From contig CP086569.2 in NCBI GenBank assembly GCA_009914755.4, positions 11,040,001 to 11,104,000 on the forward strand: DNA of 64,000 nucleotides. The letters are read 5' to 3'. Position numbers and translations under genes: made by a program. The notes under the pieces were generated by a model. It was given only the letters and a program-made list of their open reading frames with translations. It was not told the origin of the DNA and searched no databases. Shown here piece after piece: positions 59,426-64,000 of this stretch (within the stretch, counting starts at the first letter, position 1; the number at the start of each line of letters is the position of its first letter). The DNA comes from the human T2T-CHM13v2.0 reference genome, Homo sapiens.

Positions 59426-61407
59426 TTAGCTGACATTTCATCTCACCATTCCATTCCATTCCATTCCATTGCATTCCATTCCATTCCACTCAGTTCCTCT
59501 GAAATCCGATCCACTCCACACAATTGCACTCCAATCCACTCCACTCCATTCCACTTAGTTCAAATCCGTTCTGTTCCGTTCAATTCTATTCTGTTCCATT
59601 CCATGCCACTCTTTTCCACTCCATTCCACGCCACTCAATTCCACCCCACTCTATTCCACTCCACTCTATTCCACTCGAATCCATTCCATTTCTTTCCATA
59701 CATTCCATACCAGTAGATTCCATTCCATTCCATTCCATTCCATTCCATTCCATTCCATTCCACTTCACTCAGACCCACTCCACTCAACTCCACTCCACTG
59801 CACTCCACTCCATTCCGTTCCATTCCGTTCCGTTCCATTCCATTATATTCCACTCCACTCCTTTCCTTTCCAATCCATTCCACTGAAGTCCGCTTCACTC
59901 CACTCCTGTCCACTCCATTCCATCCCATTCCGTTCCAATTCACTCTGATTTACTCCACTCAACTCCACTCCAATCCACTCCGGTACACTCCTTTCCATTC
60001 CATTCCATTCTGTTCTGTGCCACTCCATTCCCTTCCACTCCAATCCATTCCATTCCACTCTATTCTTCTCTGCACCTTTTCACTCCATTCCACTCCACTC
60101 CACTCAAATCCACTCTACTCGAATCCATTACATTTCAATCCACTCAATTCTATTCCACTACATTCCATTCCATTCCATTCCACTCCATTCAACTTCAATC
60201 CACTCCAGTCAAATCTACTCCACACCATTCAATTCCATTCAACCACAATCCACTCCATTCCATTAGATTCCTTTCCATTCCATTCCACTGCACTCTGATA
60301 CACTTGACTTAACTCCACTCCACTCCACTCAACTGTCCTCCATTTCGTTCTGTTCCATTCCTGTCCATTCCATACCATTCCACTCTGTTCCTCTCCATTC
60401 CATTCTACTCCATTCCATTTCACTCCATTTTAATCCATTCCACTCCATTCCACTACAATCTACTCTGTTCCATTCAATTCCATTCCAATGCATGCTGATC
60501 CAGTCTAGTCAACTCCACTCTAATCCACTCCATTCCACTACTTCCTTTAAGTTCCGTTCCATTCCATTCCATTATACTCTATTCTTTTCCACTCCACTCC
60601 TTTTCACTCCACTCCATTTCACTCCATTCTACTCTATTCCAGTACACTCCTCTCCACACCCATCCTTTCCTCTGCATTCCATTGCACTCCATTCCATTCC
60701 ACTCCATTCCATTGCATTCCTGTCCTTTCCATTCCATTCCTCTCAATTCCACCCAATTCCACTACATTCCATTCCAGTCCATTCCATTCCACTCCACTCC
60801 AATCCACTCTATTCCATTCCTTTCCACCCCATTAAGTTCCATTCCCTTCCATTCCATTCCACTCCATTGCACTCCATTCCACTCCACCCATTCCAATCCA
60901 CTCCATTCCGCTCCACTCCACTCCATTCCACTACATTCCATTCCATTCCTTTCCTTTCCATTACGTTTATTCCATTCCATTCCATTCCATTCCATTTCCT
61001 TACATTCCACTCCACTCCATTCCCTTTAATTCCTTCCATTCCACAGAACTCCGATTCACTTTACTCAACCCCTTCCACTGAACTGCACTCTGTTCCATTC
61101 CTTTCCGTCCATTCCCTTCAGTTCCATTCCCTTACACTCCACCCATTCCACTCCACTCCATTACACTCCACTTCATTTCAATCCATTACACTCCATTGCA
61201 CTCCTCTCCTCTCCACTCCACTCCTATTCAATCCATTCCATGCCACTCAATTCCATTCCATTCCATTCCTTTCCAGTCCATTTCACTCCATTACACTCCA
61301 CCCTTTCCATTCCACTGCATTCCACTCCACACCACTGCATTCCACTCCTCTCCACTCCATTCCCTTCCACTCCATTCCATTCCATTCTAGTTCATTTCAA
61401 TTCATTC

Positions 61408-61472
61408 CTTTATTTCCACTTGATCTCACTCTGTCACCAATACTGGAGTGCAGTGGCAGAATCGTGGCTCAC
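61408..61472 (-). repeat. Alu 3'-terminal fragment, antisense
   Basis: ctttatttccacttgatctcactctgtcaccaatactggagtgcagtggcagaatcgtggctcac. Confidence 0.6.
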
Positions 61473-61992
61473 ATTTCATTACACTTTTCCATTCCATTCC
61501 GTTCCATTCCATTCCATTCCATTACATTCTGTTCCATTACATTTCATTGCACTCAACTTCATTCCATTCCACTACATTCCTCTCCCTTCCACTTTACTCC
61601 ACTCCACTCCTTTCCATTCATTTCCATCCAGAGCACTCCGATCCACTCTATTCAACTCCAATCCACTCCACTCCTCTCAGCTCTGTTCTGTTCCATTGCT
61701 TTCCATTCCATTCCATTCCATTCCATTCTGATCCGTTCCCATCCATTCCATTCCATTCCACTCCATACCATTCCATTCCATTCCATTCCAATCCATTCCA
61801 CTCCACTCCACTCCATTCCACTCCACTCCACTCCATTCAACTCCATTCCATTGCATTCCCCTCCATTGCATTCCGTTCCATTCCTATCCATTCCACTCCA
61901 TGCCTCTCCACTCCATTCCACTCCACTCTTTTACACTCCATACCAATCCACTTCATTCAATTCCATTCCATTTTTCTCCATTCAATTCCATT

Positions 61993-62058
61993 CTTTATTT
62001 CGACTGGATCTCACTCTGTCACCCAGACTCTAGTGTAGTGCCACAATCTTAGCTCATA
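61993..62058 (-). repeat. Alu 3'-terminal fragment, antisense
   Basis: ctttatttcgactggatctcactctgtcacccagactctagtgtagtgccacaatcttagctcat. Confidence 0.65.
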
Positions 62059-62794
62059 TTTCATTTCACCACTCCATTCCATTCCACTCCACTCCACTCC
62101 ACTCCACTTCACTCGACTCCGTTCCATTACACTCCATACCAATCCATTCCACTCCTCTCCACTCAATTCCATTCCACTAAATTCCATTCCATTCCATTCC
62201 ATTCCATTCCATTCCATTCCATTCCACTCTAATCCTCTTCAATCCGCTCCACTCCAATCCACTCCAATCCATTCCATTCCCTTCCATTCCTCTCCACTAC
62301 ATTCCATTCCAATCCCTTCCACTGTACTCTTATCCACTCCACTCAACTCCACTCAACTCCATTCAACTCGAATCCTTTCCCTTCCATTCCATTCCATGCC
62401 ATTCTATTCCATTCCATTCCTTTCCGTTCCATACCATTCCATTCCATTCTATTCCATTCCACTCCACTCCACTCCATTCCATTCCATTCCTATCCATTCC
62501 ACTCCAATGCACTCCGTTCGAGAACACTCCACTCTTCTCCACTCCACTGCAATCCATTCCATTGTATTCCATTCTGCTGCACCCCGATCCACTCCAATAA
62601 ACTCCAGTTCACTCCACTCCATTCCGTTGCATTACGTTCCTTTCTGTTCCGTTCCGTTACTTTCCATTCCGCTCCATTTCATTCCATTCCACTAAATTCC
62701 ACTCAGCTGCCTTCCACTCCACACCACTCCATTCCACTCCATTTCATTCCACTCCAATCCAATTCATTCCATTCTACTCCATTCCTTTACGTTC

Positions 62795-62860
62795 TTTTAT
62801 TTCGACTGGGTCTCACTCTGTCTCACAGACTGGAGTGCAGTGGCACAATCTTAGCTCACC
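62795..62860 (-). repeat. Alu 3'-terminal fragment, antisense
   Basis: cttttatttcgactgggtctcactctgtctcacagactggagtgcagtggcacaatcttagctcac. Confidence 0.7.
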
Positions 62861-63631
62861 TTTTTTTGCAGCATTCTTTTCCATTCCATTTCATTCCATT
62901 CCATTACATTCCACTGCACTGCGACCTACTCCACTCAACTCCACTCCATTTCACTCCATTATACTACATTCCTTTCCATTCCATTCCACTCCATACCATT
63001 CGGTACAATTCCACTACATTTGATTCCATTCCTCTCCACTCCATGCCATTCCATTCCATTCCACTCAACTCCACACCACTTTACTCCAATCCACTCCAAA
63101 CCACTACATTCCATTCCATTCCATTCCACTTCTTTCCTTTCAACTGCACTCTGACCCTTTCTGCTCAACTCCACTCCACTCCAGTCCACTCCGTTCCATT
63201 CACTTCAACTCCATTTCTTTCCATTCTCTTCCATTCCACTACATTCCATTCCACTCCACTCCACTCCATTGCACTCCCCTCCATTTATCGCCATTCCACT
63301 CCATTAAAACCCACTCCACTCCACTCCATTCCATTTCACTCCATGCCACTCCATTGCACTTCACTCCACTCCAGTATACTCCTCTCCACTCCATTCCATT
63401 CCATTCTACTCCATTCCACTCAACTTCATTCCATTCCACTCTGGTCCACTCCATTCCACTCGACTCCACTCCATTCCATTCCTTTCCACTCCATTCCAGT
63501 ACACTCCATTCCACTGCATTCCACTCCATTCCATTCCACTCCATTCCACCCCATTCCACCCCATTCCATTCCACTCCATTCCATTCCACTCCACTCCATT
63601 CCATTCAATGCTACTGCATTCTATTCCAATC

Positions 63632-63695
63632 TTTATTTCCACGGGATTATCTCTGTTACCCAGACTTGAGTGCAGAGGCACAATCTTAGCTCTCT
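63632..63695 (-). repeat. Alu 3'-terminal fragment, antisense
   Basis: ctttatttccacgggattatctctgttacccagacttgagtgcagaggcacaatcttagctctc. Confidence 0.55.
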
Positions 63696-63920
63696 TTTCA
63701 TTTCATCATTCCATTCTATTCCATTTCATTCCATTCCATTGCATTCCGTTCCACTGCATTCCACTCCTCTCCACTTTTCTCCATCCTATTCCACTCCACT
63801 CCATTCAATTCCTCTCCCTTCCAATCCATTCCATTCCACCCCACCCCATTCCACTCCATTCCACTTCTTTGCATTCTACTCCACTGAATTCCATTCCATT
63901 CTACTCCTTTCCATTCCGTT

Positions 63921-63985
63921 TCTTTATTGTGACTGGATTTCACTCTGTCAACCAGACTGGAGTGTTGTTGCACAACCTTATATCA
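63921..63985 (-). repeat. Alu 3'-terminal fragment, antisense (degenerate)
   Basis: ctttattgtgactggatttcactctgtcaaccagactggagtgttgttgcacaaccttatatcac. Confidence 0.5.
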
Positions 63986-64000
63986 CATTTCATTTTACCA

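Larger units (their letters stand above)
36838..64000 (+). repeat. Human satellite III (HSat3) continuing in the same orientation after the L1 insertion
   Basis: It has the same (ATTCC)n-derived composition and the same strand polarity as the left block. A near-pure (CCATT)n sub-array with periodic GCATT lies at about 54,531-54,700. Confidence 0.9.

Overview
This window is human-type pericentromeric satellite III (HSat3). On the + strand it reads as diverged (ATTCC)n/(CATTC)n; the complement is (GGAAT)n. The array runs from base 1 to base 64,000 in one orientation. The only non-satellite sequence is a full-length, antisense (minus-strand) L1HS-like LINE-1 of about 6.03 kb at about 30,808-36,837. 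This L1 has a YY1-box 5'UTR, an ORF1, an ORF2 split by one frameshift, a 3'UTR and a poly-A tail. It also carries an intact 71-codon antisense ORF0 in the 5'UTR.

All other 'ORFs' in the six-frame track are low-complexity artefacts of the pentamer. The (CATTC)n strand has no stop codons and translates to HSIPF-type runs. The (GGAAT)n strand supplies ATG every 5 bp and translates to MEWNG-type runs. I find no cellular genes, tRNA/rRNA genes or CRISPR arrays. Nothing here supports a new protein-coding 'system'.

The structure that is present and unexplained by a simple satellite call is as follows. First, about 51 copies of a roughly 60-65 bp CpG-decayed antisense Alu 3'-end fragment, with a poly-A remnant, punctuate the array at irregular 0.26-5 kb spacing. 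Second, the array is a mosaic of local higher-order-repeat (HOR) domains with periods of about 0.65, 0.95, 1.04, 1.2, 1.4 and 3.7-3.8 kb. One of these domains lacks the Alu fragments and carries a different marker, TGTGATACACTACCCTCAA. Third, there is an (ACTAC)n variant pentamer expansion at about 27.5 kb.
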